A stretch of DNA of 64,000 nt from Octopus sinensis (Eukaryota): the NCBI RefSeq assembly GCF_006345805.1, contig NC_043018.1, positions 7,006,001 to 7,070,000 of the forward strand, given 5' to 3'. The stretch's first letter is position 1. Every line of letters starts with the position of its first letter. The position numbers and the translations under genes were made by a program. The notes beneath the pieces were generated by a model. It did no database searches. It was not told the DNA's origin and saw only the letters and a list, made by a program, of their open reading frames with translations. This document shows, piece by piece, positions 13,291 to 26,020 of the stretch.

Positions 13291-14602
13291 TCTCTGATAT
13301 ATAATCTGTTTGTCTGTCTATCTATCTATCTATCTATGAAGCTTTCCTTATTTCAGTTTAGCTCAATATACCTGTGTGTATTTCTGTATATCTCTGTAAT
13401 TGTGTGTGTGGGTCTATCTCACACAACCTCTTACCTGTTCTTCCCGCTCTCTCGCACTCTCCCCTCCCTCTCCCCATCTCCCGTCTTTCAGTCAAAGGAA
13501 AACCTTGAAAACTGATGCAAAGCTTGGCAGGTATTCAAAATGCAGCATAAGGTGGTTGCGGTAGTGATGGTAGTGGTAGTTGTAATGGTGGTGGTTGTGA
13601 TGGTGATGGTAGTGACTGTGGTGGTGGTGGTGGTGGTTGTGGTGGAGATGGTAATGACTGTGGTGGTGGCGGTGGTAGTGGTGGTCGCATAATAGATGTG
13701 TTGCAATGTAGTGGTGATGGTGATGGTATATATAATGTCATAGAGTATGGTATAGCAGAGTGTTATGAGGTAGTAAAACTGTAGTTTGAGCTGTAGTATA
13801 ATAGTAGTGGTGTAAAATAACACTGTTACAATGGTGTATACTACATAGAGTGGTATATATAAAGCGGCGAACTGGCAGAAACGTTAGCACGCTGGGCGAA
13901 ATGCTTTATGGAGTATATGTATAAAATTTGAGGTCAATCGGACAATGAATGTGGATTTCTATAAAAAACATAAATGTCTACACACAGACACACAAACTCA
14001 ATTTTATATATATATATATATATATAAATATATAATGTATAGACAGACAGATATGGATTCAAATCTTGGCACCTGACCTGCAATTTCAAGGGAGAGAAGT
14101 CAATTACATTGACTCCCAGTTCCCAACTGCTATGAAAGGGATGAATAGCAAATTTGATCCTGGCTGAGTTTTGAACTCAGGACCTAAAGACAAAGCAATT
14201 CGCCGGCTGTGCTAATGATTCTGCCATCTCACTGCCTTATATGTAGATACTAGGTTTTTTCAGTAAGTATCTGGACTATTGCTATAGTAACAAAGCTGAA
14301 GCATGCCGAGTAAAGCCGCTAGGCAGAGATTGACCCTGAACTCTGCTGTGCATGTGCACCAAGTTTTAACATTCTAGCTCTCTTCCGCTGTTTACAGCAG
14401 TGCTTGGAAGGAAGGTGTGTAGTGTGTGATCATGGCAGAGAATCTGCAATGAATTTTGCCAAAAGCTTGGTGATAGCTGCTCAGAGGCCTATGCAAAGTT
14501 TTCAAAAAGTTTTCATCATTCTCGACACAATCAAGATCTTATGCAACTGAAACCCAAGTGAGACAATAAAATAGCTGTTTTTATTAATTTATACATACAT
14601 AC

Positions 14603-14654
<52 letters not shown>

Positions 14655-14656
<2 letters not shown>

Positions 14657-14845
14657 GGAGAGTTTACGAAAAAATAAAAGACGAAGACGGGTGGTGTACA
14701 AAACAAACAGATGTATTAGTATAACGCTCAGGAATAGAAAAAGTCTTTTATGTTTCGAGCCTATGCTCTTCTACAGAAAGGAACACAGAAAAAAGCAAGG
14801 ACAGAAAACAAATTTGTGTAGTGGCTAACGATCTATCATGGCGGT
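14655..14845 (-). mobile_element. Monomer of the ~190-bp hammerhead-like repeat (same family as 28655-29355) in a (TA)n tract
   Basis: Near identical to the units at 28655, 28911 and 29166. Confidence 0.85.
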
Positions 14846-15849
14846 ATATATATATATATAATATATATATATATAACACTGTTGCAGTGGTGTGCATAAC
14901 ATTGTTACAAAGATGTTTATAACATGATTATAATGGTTTATTCATATATATATATATATATATATACATGTGTGTGTATATATAATTATATATATGTATA
15001 TATATATATATACATACATACATATAAATATACAGGGATGGATGGATGTGCGTTACTGTCTCTTTGCCTTGACTTTGTTTGCTGCATGTAAAGGAGCCTC
15101 TCTTTCATATAAGTGGTGTCCTTCATTTCCGATCTTCCAGAGAAAAACGTCTCACTTTGGGGAAATATTACCACAGTGAGAAACAAGAGAAGTGTTGGCA
15201 ACAGGAAGGGCACCCAGCCGTAGAAAATCTACCTCAACAAATTCTGAACAAAGCACGTGCAAGCACAGAAAAGCGGATGTTAAAACAATGTTGATGTGTG
15301 TGTTGTGTGTGTCTGTGAATGAGAGAGAAAGATGGAGGAGAGGTCCAGGGACTGGTTACATACCCAGAACATGATTTCATTGAGTCATTGGCCCTTTGGA
15401 CATGTATTACACATCAGCAAACTGGAATCAGCAGATTGGAAAGATGGAGGAGTTCCATTCCATTCTGTTCCTTTCCAAACCATTGATGTGTACGGACAAC
15501 TGAAGGGCTGATTGAGTGACACCGTGGGTTCAGGGTATATTACCTTTGTTTACCTAACACACGCATGCATGCACACAAACTCTCTCTCACACACACACAC
15601 ATATGTATGCACACACATACTTATGCATATGCACACACACATACTTGTGTGTTTGTGTGTATATATGTCTACATAAATATGTGGATCAATAGAAAAACAG
15701 AGACATAGAGATAGGCAGCTACATAGATTGATAAATAGACAGATAGATAGAGATAAAGAGAGACAGATACAAACATACATTTGTAGGTGGATATGTATAT
15801 GAGTATAATTATATATATCTTCATCATCATCATGCATATATACCCACAT

Positions 15850-15854
15850 ATAAC

Positions 15855-15888
<34 letters not shown>

Positions 15889-16203
15889 CGACATATATAT
15901 ATACACAGACATAATACACATACATATATACTTATATACACATAATATATACTTATATATATCTATATATCTACATACATTATATACAATACATATATAC
16001 TATATATATATATACATACATATATATACACATACATATATACATACATATTATACATATATATATATACATATACATACATATATATATATACATACAT
16101 ATGTATATATATACATATATACATATACATAATATTTATACATATATACATATATATACATATATGTACATATATATACATACATATATATATATACATA
16201 TAT

Positions 16204-16234
<31 letters not shown>

Positions 16235-16442
16235 TACATATATTTATATATATACATATACATATACATATATTCATATATATATGTATATATACATATA
16301 TTACATATACATACAATATATACATATATACATATACATACATATATATATATATACATATATATATGTATATATATATATACATATATATATGTATATA
16401 TATACATACATATACATATTTATATATATACATATACATATA

Positions 16443-16485
<43 letters not shown>

Positions 16486-16500
16486 GTAATTTTGTATACA
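15850..16500. repeat. (TA)n/(TACA)n microsatellite
   Basis: Direct inspection. Confidence 0.9.
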
Positions 16501-16849
16501 TATAGCAGTATTTGTGTAAACAAACTGCCTGTACATTTTATGCATGTCTGCATGCATTTGCAGTTGTTTGTTCACATGTTTCATGCCTACATGTGCAAGT
16601 GTGTGTGCGTAATAAATAGAATGTATGCATGTATTTGTGTGCGTGTGTGAATAAGCATTCCATGATATGTTTGTGTGAGTTTGAGTGTGCATATGTTTGT
16701 ATGTGGGTGGAAATTTGCAAGTGCATTCATGCATGTGTGTGAATGATGTGTTTGCATTTTTGTTTTTCCCTCGTAACTTCTTCATATTGTGATCAAGTTT
16801 CAGGAAAGTTGGGGGAGGGGGTGTAATTTTGGGTGTGTGGGAAGAAGAA

Positions 16850-17550
16850 AAGGAAGAAGAAGAGTGATGATGATGAAGATGAAGAGTGATGTTGAAGAAA
16901 AGAAGAAAGGAGGAAGTGATGATGATGAAGATAAAGAAGAAAAGGAAGAAATGAAGAGTGATGATGAAGAAAAGAAGAAAATGAATAAGAGTGATGATGA
17001 AGGTAAAGAAGGAAGTGATGATGAAGAAAAAGAAGAAAATGAAGAAGAGTGATGATGAAGAAAATGAAGTGATTATGAAGAAAAGAAAGAAGAAAATAAA
17101 GGAGAAGAGTAATGATGAAGGTAAAAAAGAAAAGGAAGAAAATGAAGAAAAGAAGAAAATGAAGTGATTATGAAGAAAAGAAAGAAGAAAATAAAGGAGA
17201 AGAGTAATGATGAAGGTAAAAAAGAAAAGGAAGAAAATGAAGAGTGGTGATGAAAAGGAAGAAGAAGAAGAGTGATGGTGATTAAGATGAAGAAGAAAGT
17301 GATCAACAACATCGGCAACGAAGTGATGATGATAATGATGAAAATGAAGATGAAGAAGAACGAGAATAAGAAGGATGATGAGGCGGAGGAGGAGGAGATG
17401 TGGTAATGATGGTGGCGTTGATGATGAATTCGAAATACATGAAGAAGAAGAAGAAAATGAGATGAAGAGGATAACGAAGAAGAAAATGGTACAGCATCAC
17501 AATCATCATCACCATCAACAACAGCAACAATGAAGAAGAAGGTGTTGTAG
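16850..17550. repeat. (GAA)n/(TGA)n low complexity with internal ~95-bp duplication
   Basis: aaatgaagtgattatgaagaaaagaaagaagaaaataaaggagaagagtaatgatgaagg repeated at about 17062 and 17158. Confidence 0.85.
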
Positions 17551-19949
17551 AAGAATATAGTGAGACAGTAGCACAGTGGTGGTGGCCATGGTGGAGCCAG
17601 TAGTTGCAGTGGTGGTGGTGGTGGGGCTGGAGATGGTGGGTGCAGATAGATTAGTTCCAATGCCTGCACATGTGCACCCTATAATGCATGTTACCATAGA
17701 TGTTTAATAATTTAGTTTTATTACTGACTGCAGGCAAGTTGCAACACACTGGCTGCACATCGGCGCATTACTGCACCAATACATTGCCCGTACGACACAG
17801 TGCATCGCTACATCAGCACATTGTGTGTGTGTGTATATGTAGGTCTTCTGTGTGTGTGTGTTTGTTCTAACTTGTGCTAACTTTCTCTCTCTCTCTCTCT
17901 CTCTTGCTTTCCTTCTTTGTGCTTTCATACACACATATATACACATGCACACACATATACACATGTATATATATATATATATATACACACATGTGTATAT
18001 GTGTACACATATACATATAAACATTCATCTATACACATGCACACATATTTACACATACACACATATATACAAATATATACACATATGTCATGTACATATA
18101 TACACATGCATGCTAAATATATCGACGCACTAACACATCATGCACACACACACACAGACACATGCACACACATCCAGTCATATACAGAATCACACGTACA
18201 TACATACATACACACACATACATACATAATCTAGCATGTATAGACACACGCACATGCACATATCAATGCATACACACCTGCACTAACATACACATACAAT
18301 AATATAGACACACTCACATGCAGAAAAACCCAGCTGCATATACACACACACACACACACACATACATTCATCTCATTAATACAAATACACTTACACACAC
18401 ACACACATGCACAAACATATTCATACATACACTCTTGCACTCATACATACACATCTACTCTAACATACACATATAATAGTCAGAGACACATGAACGTATA
18501 CATACACACACACACACAAACACACACATACACACACCTCCATGCACATGCTCTGACACATGCTTACACAACACTAATGTGCTCATACACATACACATAC
18601 AAAGAATAAAAGCACACATATGAACACAACCATACATGCATATATACATACAATAGCAGTCACACACACACACATACTCATAAATGCACATACACACACA
18701 TGCTCTGACACATACATACACAACATTAATACAGTCATACACACACACACACTCACACACTAACATATACACGCAAAGAATAAAGTCACACACACATGAA
18801 CACAACCACACATGCATATACACATACACACACACACTCATAAATACACACACACACACTCATAAATACACACACACATGCTCTGACATATACACAACAC
18901 TAACACAGTCATACACACACTCACACACTAACATATACACGCAAAGAATAGTCACACACACATTGAACACAACCACACATGGCTATATACATACAGTCAC
19001 ACACAAGCATAGACACACACACACACACATACACACACACATGGATGCTCTATCAACCAACAAACTTTTTTCTTTATTTTTATTTTTATTTTGTTTTCAA
19101 TATCCAACCTTTTGCCTAAATCATTTTGAGGATTTTTATGCCGTTTATATTTTTGTTATTTTTCTTGTTTCTTTTCCCTTTTTGTTTTGTTAATTTTTTT
19201 TTTCTTTTCGCTGTTCATGTTCAACTCAACTTGTTTCCACCTTCTGGCGAAATCTTGATGCTCTTGTGCTCTCGTAGAATTTCAATTTCCCCATCAAGTG
19301 TAGCCATGAATGGAGGACAGGTATCTTATATGGACAGGGTCCTTTGGATTAACTTACTGAAATAGCTTGAGGGGTCACAGGAGGGAGAGAGAGATGAGAG
19401 AGAGACGACAGTGGCGGAAGAAAATGTGGGACATGGGTGAGAAGAGGGGGGGAGAGAGAGGAAGAAATGGATGGACAAAGAGAAAATAAGTGGGAGAGAG
19501 AAAGAGAGGGGCAGGTACAGAGAGAGAAAGAGAGAGAGGGAGCAACAGAGAAAAGGGAAGAGAGAGAGATAGACAATCAGACAGATAAAAGAGGGAAACA
19601 GAAAAAGGGGGAGATGAGTTGGGAGAGGAGTAGGAGGAGAGAAAGAGAGAAGCAGGTACACAGAGAGACAGAGGGAGGAGGAGAGAGAGATAGAGAGAGA
19701 GACAATCAGACAGATAAAAGAGGGATACAGAGAAAGAGGGAGAGAAAGGGGGAGATGAAGTAGGAGGGAGACACAGGACAAAAGAGACAGAAAGTGAAAA
19801 CGACAGATAGTGAGAGAGAGGTTGAGAGTGAGAGAAAGTAGGGAGAGAGAGACAAAGAGATAAAACAGAGAAAGAAAGACAGAGAAAGCCAGAGCAGATG
19901 AGAGAGAGAGAGAATGAGAGAGAGAGATATGATGTTATCAAGTCATCCC

Positions 19950-20480
19950 AAGGTTTATTCTCAGACTTTTCGTGTTATTTACAAAAGATTTCTCTTATCT
20001 ACTGAATCTCATGTTATTTACAGCGTCTCAAGTTGTTCTTATTAAATTTTATTTTGTTTCTTATTTTTATGTTCATTTTTATTTTTCCATTCCTGGAAGC
20101 ACTGAAATCTATTCAAAGCTTCCATCATGTTATTATTTACAGCTCATTTTGTTGATATTTCCAAAGCACTGAGTTATCTTCAAAGTCTTCGGAACATCAT
20201 CTTATTTCCAAAAGCATTGTTATACCAAAAATTTTACGTTACATCCAAAAATTTTTCGTGTTATTTCTTAAAGACTCAAACCACCAAGATATTTTTAGAG
20301 AACCAAATTATTTTCAAAACCTCTGGTCATTTCCAAAGTAACGACTAGGAATTTTTCAAAGACTCACGTTAATTGCAAAACCGTATGTTATTTCTAAATT
20401 CTCATGTTATCCACAGATCATCATGCCATACCATTTCCAAAGCTCCAAGATATTTCCTAAACTTTGAGTTACTTTTAAAT
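19950..20480 (+). repeat. Patch of degenerate ~19-bp TGTTATTTCCAAA minisatellite
   Basis: Recurrent ttatttccaaa-like motifs; same family as 23100-24360 and 30190-31370. Confidence 0.6.
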
Positions 20481-20796
20481 TTGTAAAGGAGAATCTTTTC
20501 TGTGATGAACCACAACAGTGATTAGCATAATCATGTTCAAATCAGCCATAATATACTAAGAATGAATATGCAAGGCACAGGCATGGCTGTGTGGTAAGAA
20601 GTTTGCTTCCCAGCCACATGGTTTAGGGTTCAGTCCCATTGTGTGACACCTTGGGCAAGTGTCTTCTACTATAGCCTTGAGCAGACCAAGGCCTTGTGAG
20701 AAGATTTGGTAGTGAGGAACTGAAAGAAGCCTGTTGAATCTCTGTCTCTCTTTTTCTCTCCCTATATATATATGTGTGTATGTGTGTGTGTGTGTG

Positions 20797-21107
20797 TGGA
20801 GGCACAATGGCCCAGTGGTTAGGGTAGGAGACTTGCAATCGTAGGATCAAGGTTTTGATTCCCAGACCGGGCGTTGTGAGAGTTTATTGAGCGAAAACAC
20901 CTAAAGCTCCACGAGGCTCTGGCAGGGGGTGGTGGCGATCCCTGCTGTACTCTTTCACCACAACTTTCTCTCACTCTTTCTTCTGTTGGCCTGCTCGCCT
21001 AGTCAGCGGGGTGGTGTCATTTGAAGGCTAAAACAATGCAAAGTGCATTGTAACCAGCGATGTGTAGCAACATCTGATAGCCTGGTCAGTCCTGTGATCA
21101 TGTGATA
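20797..21107 (+). mobile_element. SINE family C, near full length
   Basis: Homologous to 3215-3525. Confidence 0.8.
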
Positions 21108-21369
21108 TATATATATATATCATCATCTGTAACTTCCTGTAACTTAGCTTTCATTCTAGATTGGGTTCTTAGCCCGACATAAACCCATTTTTACTTCTGG
21201 AAAGAGGGGCTCCATATTAGTTTGGCCTCTACCCTTTGACCTGTCCAGTATGGAAAACCTTGTCAGAAGTTTTCACTTTGCTGATATTGCCCTGAGGGTC
21301 ATTGAGGCCTACATGCCTGCACACAGCAACAAGGACTGAATTTTGTGGTTTGTGGTGGTTTGGAATGGT

Positions 21370-21695
21370 AAAGACCCCCTTCCGTCATGAATGACCATGA
21401 GATTCCACCTAGAAAGTTACCTTCCGAGGTACAGGTCCGGACAAGATTGCTTGTGGAAGGCCAGCAGTTGCCCAAGCATACCAGCCTCCCCTCTACACAC
21501 CACTGATATTATCCAAGGGAAAGGCAAAGGCCGATACAGCTTGGCACCTGTGATGTTGCAACTCATTTCTACAGCTGAGTGAACTGGAGCAATGTGAAAT
21601 AAAGTATCTTGGTCAAGAACACAACACAGCCTGGTCAGGGAATTGAACTCACTACCTCATGATTGTGAGCCCGATGCTCTAACCCCTGAGCCATG
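21370..21695 (-). mobile_element. SINE sharing the family E head with a different body (second copy 32750-33070)
   Basis: Shared gcataccagcctcc...gatacagcttggcacc block in both copies. Confidence 0.6.
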
Positions 21696-22682
21696 GTTTG
21701 GAATACTCAGCCACTTGCTACTATAATAAGTAGGAGATTCATTCAGTCAAAGAATAGAGTGTTCAGTCTCAAAACTGATGGAGAATGGGTCATAAAAGAA
21801 TCACTGGACAGGTTTTATGGGCAAAACCAACTGACCAACGGGACACTGAAGAACAGACCACAAGCAAAACGGTTGGATAACATCCATGATCTTAGTTGGT
21901 CTCATTTAGGAATCCAGTAGCTTCTAACAGAACATGAGAAGGCATGCCTGAGGACCCTGCCTTCACGACTGCACCCTCAGGAATGATTGGCCAATGAGGA
22001 TGAGATGAGAGGATGATCTGTCTTTGGTTCTTTCCCAAAGCTTTTTAATATTTTACAAGTATCTACCAATGTCATTAAGGCTGGCCACTGGATTTAGTTA
22101 AAAAGAGACGATGAGCGATGGCTAGAAGGATATTGAGTTGAACTTCATAACCAGCTGAGGAGGGCCGGTGCGCATTGATGCCGTCGAGAGGTAGGCCCCG
22201 AAACGGTGCGCATTCTCTCCTGATGACCCCATACACTTGCTGGCTTCTGGTATACGGTAGCACTTGCATGTGCAAGTTGTTTGCAAGACATCAGTAGTGT
22301 TATCTCATCTACAAAAATCTTGTAACATTTCCAAAATGTGGTAGCAGTTCCTAACTTTCTTCATATTGGTATTTTCCAAGTTATTTTCATAACTTTATTT
22401 TTAAGACATAGGTATGGCTGTCTGGTTAAGAAGTATGCTTTTTAACTACATGATTCTGAGTTTGGTCCCACAGCATGGTATCTTGGGCAAGTGTCTTTAG
22501 TCGTAGCTCCAGGCCGACCGAAACCTTGTGAATCGATTTAGTGGATGGAATCTGAAAGAAGACTTATGTTAGTGTGTGTGTGTATTACTGTCTCTTTGCC
22601 TTGATACTGTATAACAGTTTAAAGTAAGCATCACCATCATGCAAGTTGTGTCCCTTGTTTCCAATATTTTGAGAAAACATAA

Positions 22683-22915
22683 AGGTGGCGAGCTGGCAGA
22701 AACGTTAGCATGCCGGGCGAAATGCATAGCCGTATTTCGTCTGCCGTTACGTTCTGAGTTCAAATTCCGCCGAGGTCGACTTTGCCTTTCATCCTTTCGG
22801 GGTCAATTAAATAAGTACCAGTTATGCACTGAGGTCGATATAATCGACTTAATCCGTTTGTCTGTCCTTCTTTGTCCTCTCTGTGCTTAGCCCCTTGTGG
22901 GTAGTAAAGAAAACA
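22683..22915 (+). mobile_element. SINE family A monomer, well preserved
   Basis: Head ggtggcgagctggcagaaacgttagc plus one unit; many intact CpGs. Confidence 0.85.
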
Positions 22916-23099
22916 TATTTGAGAAAACATATTTGGTCGTGAGAAAATATTACCTTACCTGAAAACAGGTGAGGGTTGGAGACAGGAAGGACATGCAGCC
23001 AAAAAAAATCTGCCTCAAAAAATTCCATCTGACCAATGCAAGTATGGAAAAGCAGATCTGAAATGATTAATGTAATGTTCCACTTATTTCCGAAACAAT

Positions 23100-24360
23100 A
23101 TGCTGTTACTAAAATCACATTATTTCTAAATTTTTTTTTGTGTTATTTCTCAAACCTTAATCATTTCTAAAGCACCATTTTATTTCCAAAACCTTTCATA
23201 TCCAAAATCTTCACCATCATAATTCCTACGCCACATGTTATTTTCAATACATTCTGTTATTTCCAAAATTGTGAGATATTCCTAAATTCTTGTGTAAGTT
23301 TGATGTTTATTCAATAAGATTTTGAAAAATAACTAAATGAATTGAAAATAACATTGGTAAAACTTTTGGATATGAAAGGTTTTGGAAATAAAATGGTGCT
23401 TTTGAAATGATTATAGTTTGAAGGAGGAATAACAAAGATTAAGAAATAACAAGATTTTGGTAATAGCATCTTGTTTTGAAAATAACTGAATGTTTTGAAA
23501 ATAACATGAAGCCTAAAAATTTCCAAGCCTCCATGTTATCCAAAGATCCTTACCTAGTTTCTTAAGCACCATCGAATTTCCAAAATGTATTCTCGTTTCC
23601 AAAATCTTCACCATCATAAATCTCCAAGCTACATGTTATTTCCAACATGTTCTGTCACTAAGTGAATTGAAAATAACATTGTGCTTGGGGAATACAATGG
23701 TGAAACTTTTGGATATGAAAGGTTTTGGAAATAAAATGGTGCTTTTGAAATGATTAGAGTTTGAAGGAGGAATAACAAAGATTAAGAAATAACAAGATTT
23801 TGGTAATAGCATCTTGTTTTGAAAATAACTGAATGTTTTGAAAATAACATGAAGCCTAAAAATTTCCAAGCCTCCATGTTATCCAAAGATCCTTACCTAG
23901 TTTCTTAAGCACCATCGAATTTCCAAAATGTATTCTCATTTCCAAAATCTTCACCATCATAAATCTCCAAGCTACATGTTATCCAAAGATCCTTACCTAG
24001 TTTCTTAAGCACCATCAAATTACCAAGCCTTCATGTTATCCAAAGATCCTTACCTAGTTTCTTAAGCACCATCGAATTTCCAAGCCTTCATGTTATCCAA
24101 AGATCCTTACCTAGTTTCTTAAACACCATCGAATTTCCAAAATGTATTCTCATTTCCAAAATCTTCACCGTCATAAATCTCCAAGCTACATGCTATTTCC
24201 AACATGTTCTGTCACTCCCAACCTGTTCTGTTATTTTTCAAAATTGTGAGTTATTCCTAAATTCTCATGTAACTTTCCTGTTATCCACAGACCATCATCA
24301 CATTTCAAAACCATTTATTTTCGACATCGGTCATTTCTTTAGCACCAAGTTCTTTTCACT
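23100..24360. repeat. Degenerate ~19-bp minisatellite with ~343-bp tandem duplication, 57-bp higher-order repeats and inverted segments
   Basis: Near-identical ORFs starting at 23526 and 23869; 57-bp units at 24023 and 24080; 23159-23216 inverted at 23355-23412. Confidence 0.75.
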
Positions 24361-24535
24361 TTCTCTTCTCATATCAAATATTTCACTATGGGAGGAAGAA
24401 GTGGTCAAGAAGAAACCGAATAGATTATCAGTCACATGGTAGAACACCGCCACTGCTGATGGGGTTGGGGGCTGCTTTGGAAACAATAAGGAAATTTTGA
24501 AATTCTACAAGATTTTGAAAATAACAGAATTATTT

Positions 24536-25018
24536 GTAAAGTATACTAGCCATCTCAATATGGCTAACCACTAAGGGTGGGTGTTACTGTAGGTTTTAGC
24601 CCCAGGAGATCATCGTCTCCAGCTGGTTTTAGGCACACTTTCTGTGCCCTTATGGTATTTGCAAAGGGAGGTCATCCCTCTCTCGTAAACCTAAGTGATA
24701 CGCACGGACTGCAGTTTCGAGGTATTTGCCTCTTGTCAACGTATGGCAATCACTGGTTTTCGATGAAGGGAGACCTGTTTGCAAATACTTATTTAATGTT
24801 TTTCCCAGTAACTTCCGTCACTGATTTCGAAAAACTGTCTGCAAGCAATAATAAATCTCTGAACGAGATGTAAACAGTAACCGCTCGACAACGTAAAGTA
24901 TACTAGCCATCTCAATATGGCTAACCACTAAGGGTGGGTGTTACTGTAGCTTTTAGTCCCAGGAGATCATCGTCTCCAGCTGGCTTTAGGCACACTTTCT
25001 GTGCTCTTATGGTATTTG
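24536..25018 (+). repeat. 125-bp direct repeats (24536-24660, 24894-25018) flanking a 233-bp unique CpG-rich spacer
   Basis: gtaaagtatactagccatctcaatatggctaacc...ttatggtatttg twice. Confidence 0.85.
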
Positions 25019-25290
25019 TATTACTCCCAAAACATCCATCAGGATATTTTCAAGGGTTCCATGTAATTTCCAAAAGTCTTGTGTTATTTCTAAATCCTAA
25101 TGTTATTTATAAAGCTTCATGTTATCTCTATGCCATCATTATTTTTCCTAAGTTTTATACAATTCTGTTATTTTCAAAATCTTGTAGAATTTCTAAATTT
25201 CCTTATTGTTTCCAAAGCAGCCCCCAACCCTGTCAGCGGTGGCGGTGTTCTATCATGTGTCTGATAATCTGTTAGGTTTCTTCTTTTTTT

Positions 25291-25406
25291 TTTCTCTTTT
25301 AATTGTTTCAGTCATTTGACTGCGGCCATGCTGGAGCACCGCCTTTAATCGAACAAATCGACCCCAGGACTTATTCTTTGTAAGCCCAGTACTTATTCTA
25401 TCGGTC
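25291..25406 (-). mobile_element. SINE family B 3' tail fragment abutting the tRNA trailer
   Basis: Matches family B tail gaccgatagaataagtact...gactgaaacaa with A-rich end. Confidence 0.85.
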
Positions 25407-25410
25407 AAAA
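25407..25410 (-). terminator. Pol III terminator TTTT downstream of tRNA-Gly
   Basis: aaaa on plus, 11 nt after the tRNA 3' end. Confidence 0.6.
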
Positions 25411-25421
25411 CATTATCGATG

Positions 25422-25492
25422 TGCATCGGCCGGGAATCGAACCCGGGCCGCCCGCGTGGCAGGCGAGCATTCTACCACTGAACTACCGATGC
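25422..25492 (-). tRNA. tRNA-Gly-GCC: tRNA-Gly (anticodon GCC), 71 nt, no intron
   Basis: GCATCGGTAGTTCAGTGGTAGAATGCTCGCCTGCCACGCGGGCGGCCCGGGTTCGATTCCCGGCCGATGCA; full cloverleaf, A-box TAGTTCAGTGG, B-box GGTTCGATTCC, anticodon at 25458-25460. Confidence 0.95.
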
Positions 25493-25515
25493 TTACACTT
25501 GACCACTTCTTCCTC

Positions 25516-25855
25516 TCTGTCCATTTTTTATGCCTCTGATGACTAATGAGGCTGATTCTTTCATGGAAGCATCTGATGCAAAGTTCACAAAGGATCCGTG
25601 GTGGAGGCTTTGGTTGTTGCAGCCTCCATTTTCTTTCTTGTCGTTTCTCTTCCTCTTTCTACTGTCATTCAGCTTCAAAAGGATTTTATTATTAGTGAAG
25701 ATGAAATGATGCCAGCCAGGCCTGTCCTGAGTTGCAATGTCTCAGGCTTTGGGATCGATTCCAGTCAGTTTTAGGCTTTGCTTCAGCTGATCCTTGTATC
25801 GACGGAAGGGATAATAACTGAGTTTTCTTCCAGTTGAAAGTTCACCATATAAATC
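25516..25855 (-). mobile_element. RTE (BovB-like) LINE 3' coding fragment
   Basis: LYGELSTGR...RRYKDQLKQSLKLTGIDPKA*DIATQDRPGW and, after a frameshift, LCELCIRCFHERISLISHQRH (C-terminal Cys/His motif). Confidence 0.75.
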
Positions 25856-26020
25856 CCACCCACCCACCCCATTTTAGCTACGATTTTTATCTAATTTCTT
25901 AAGCACCTTGTTACTTTGAAAAACCTGTCATATTCAAGGAATTCACCACCCTGACCCTTTGCCTGTCCTAAACGTCTTTGCTTGTTTGGAATGTATATCA
26001 TATAAGATGCATGATCTTCA

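Noticed and set aside
13920-14010. Helentron-like 3' end fragment
   Set aside because: Only about 90 bp and resemblance alone; the other end was not found.
15360-15545. Unique segment with possible splice sites
   Set aside because: All frames are closed between the candidate acceptor and donor.
16789-17052. Acidic/basic ORF resembling a nucleolar protein tail
   Set aside because: Entirely (GAA)/(TGA) low complexity, embedded in a longer tract with stops.
23524-24136. 57-bp repeats and the 28655 trimer as CRISPR-like arrays
   Set aside because: No unique spacers, eukaryotic context, no cas genes.
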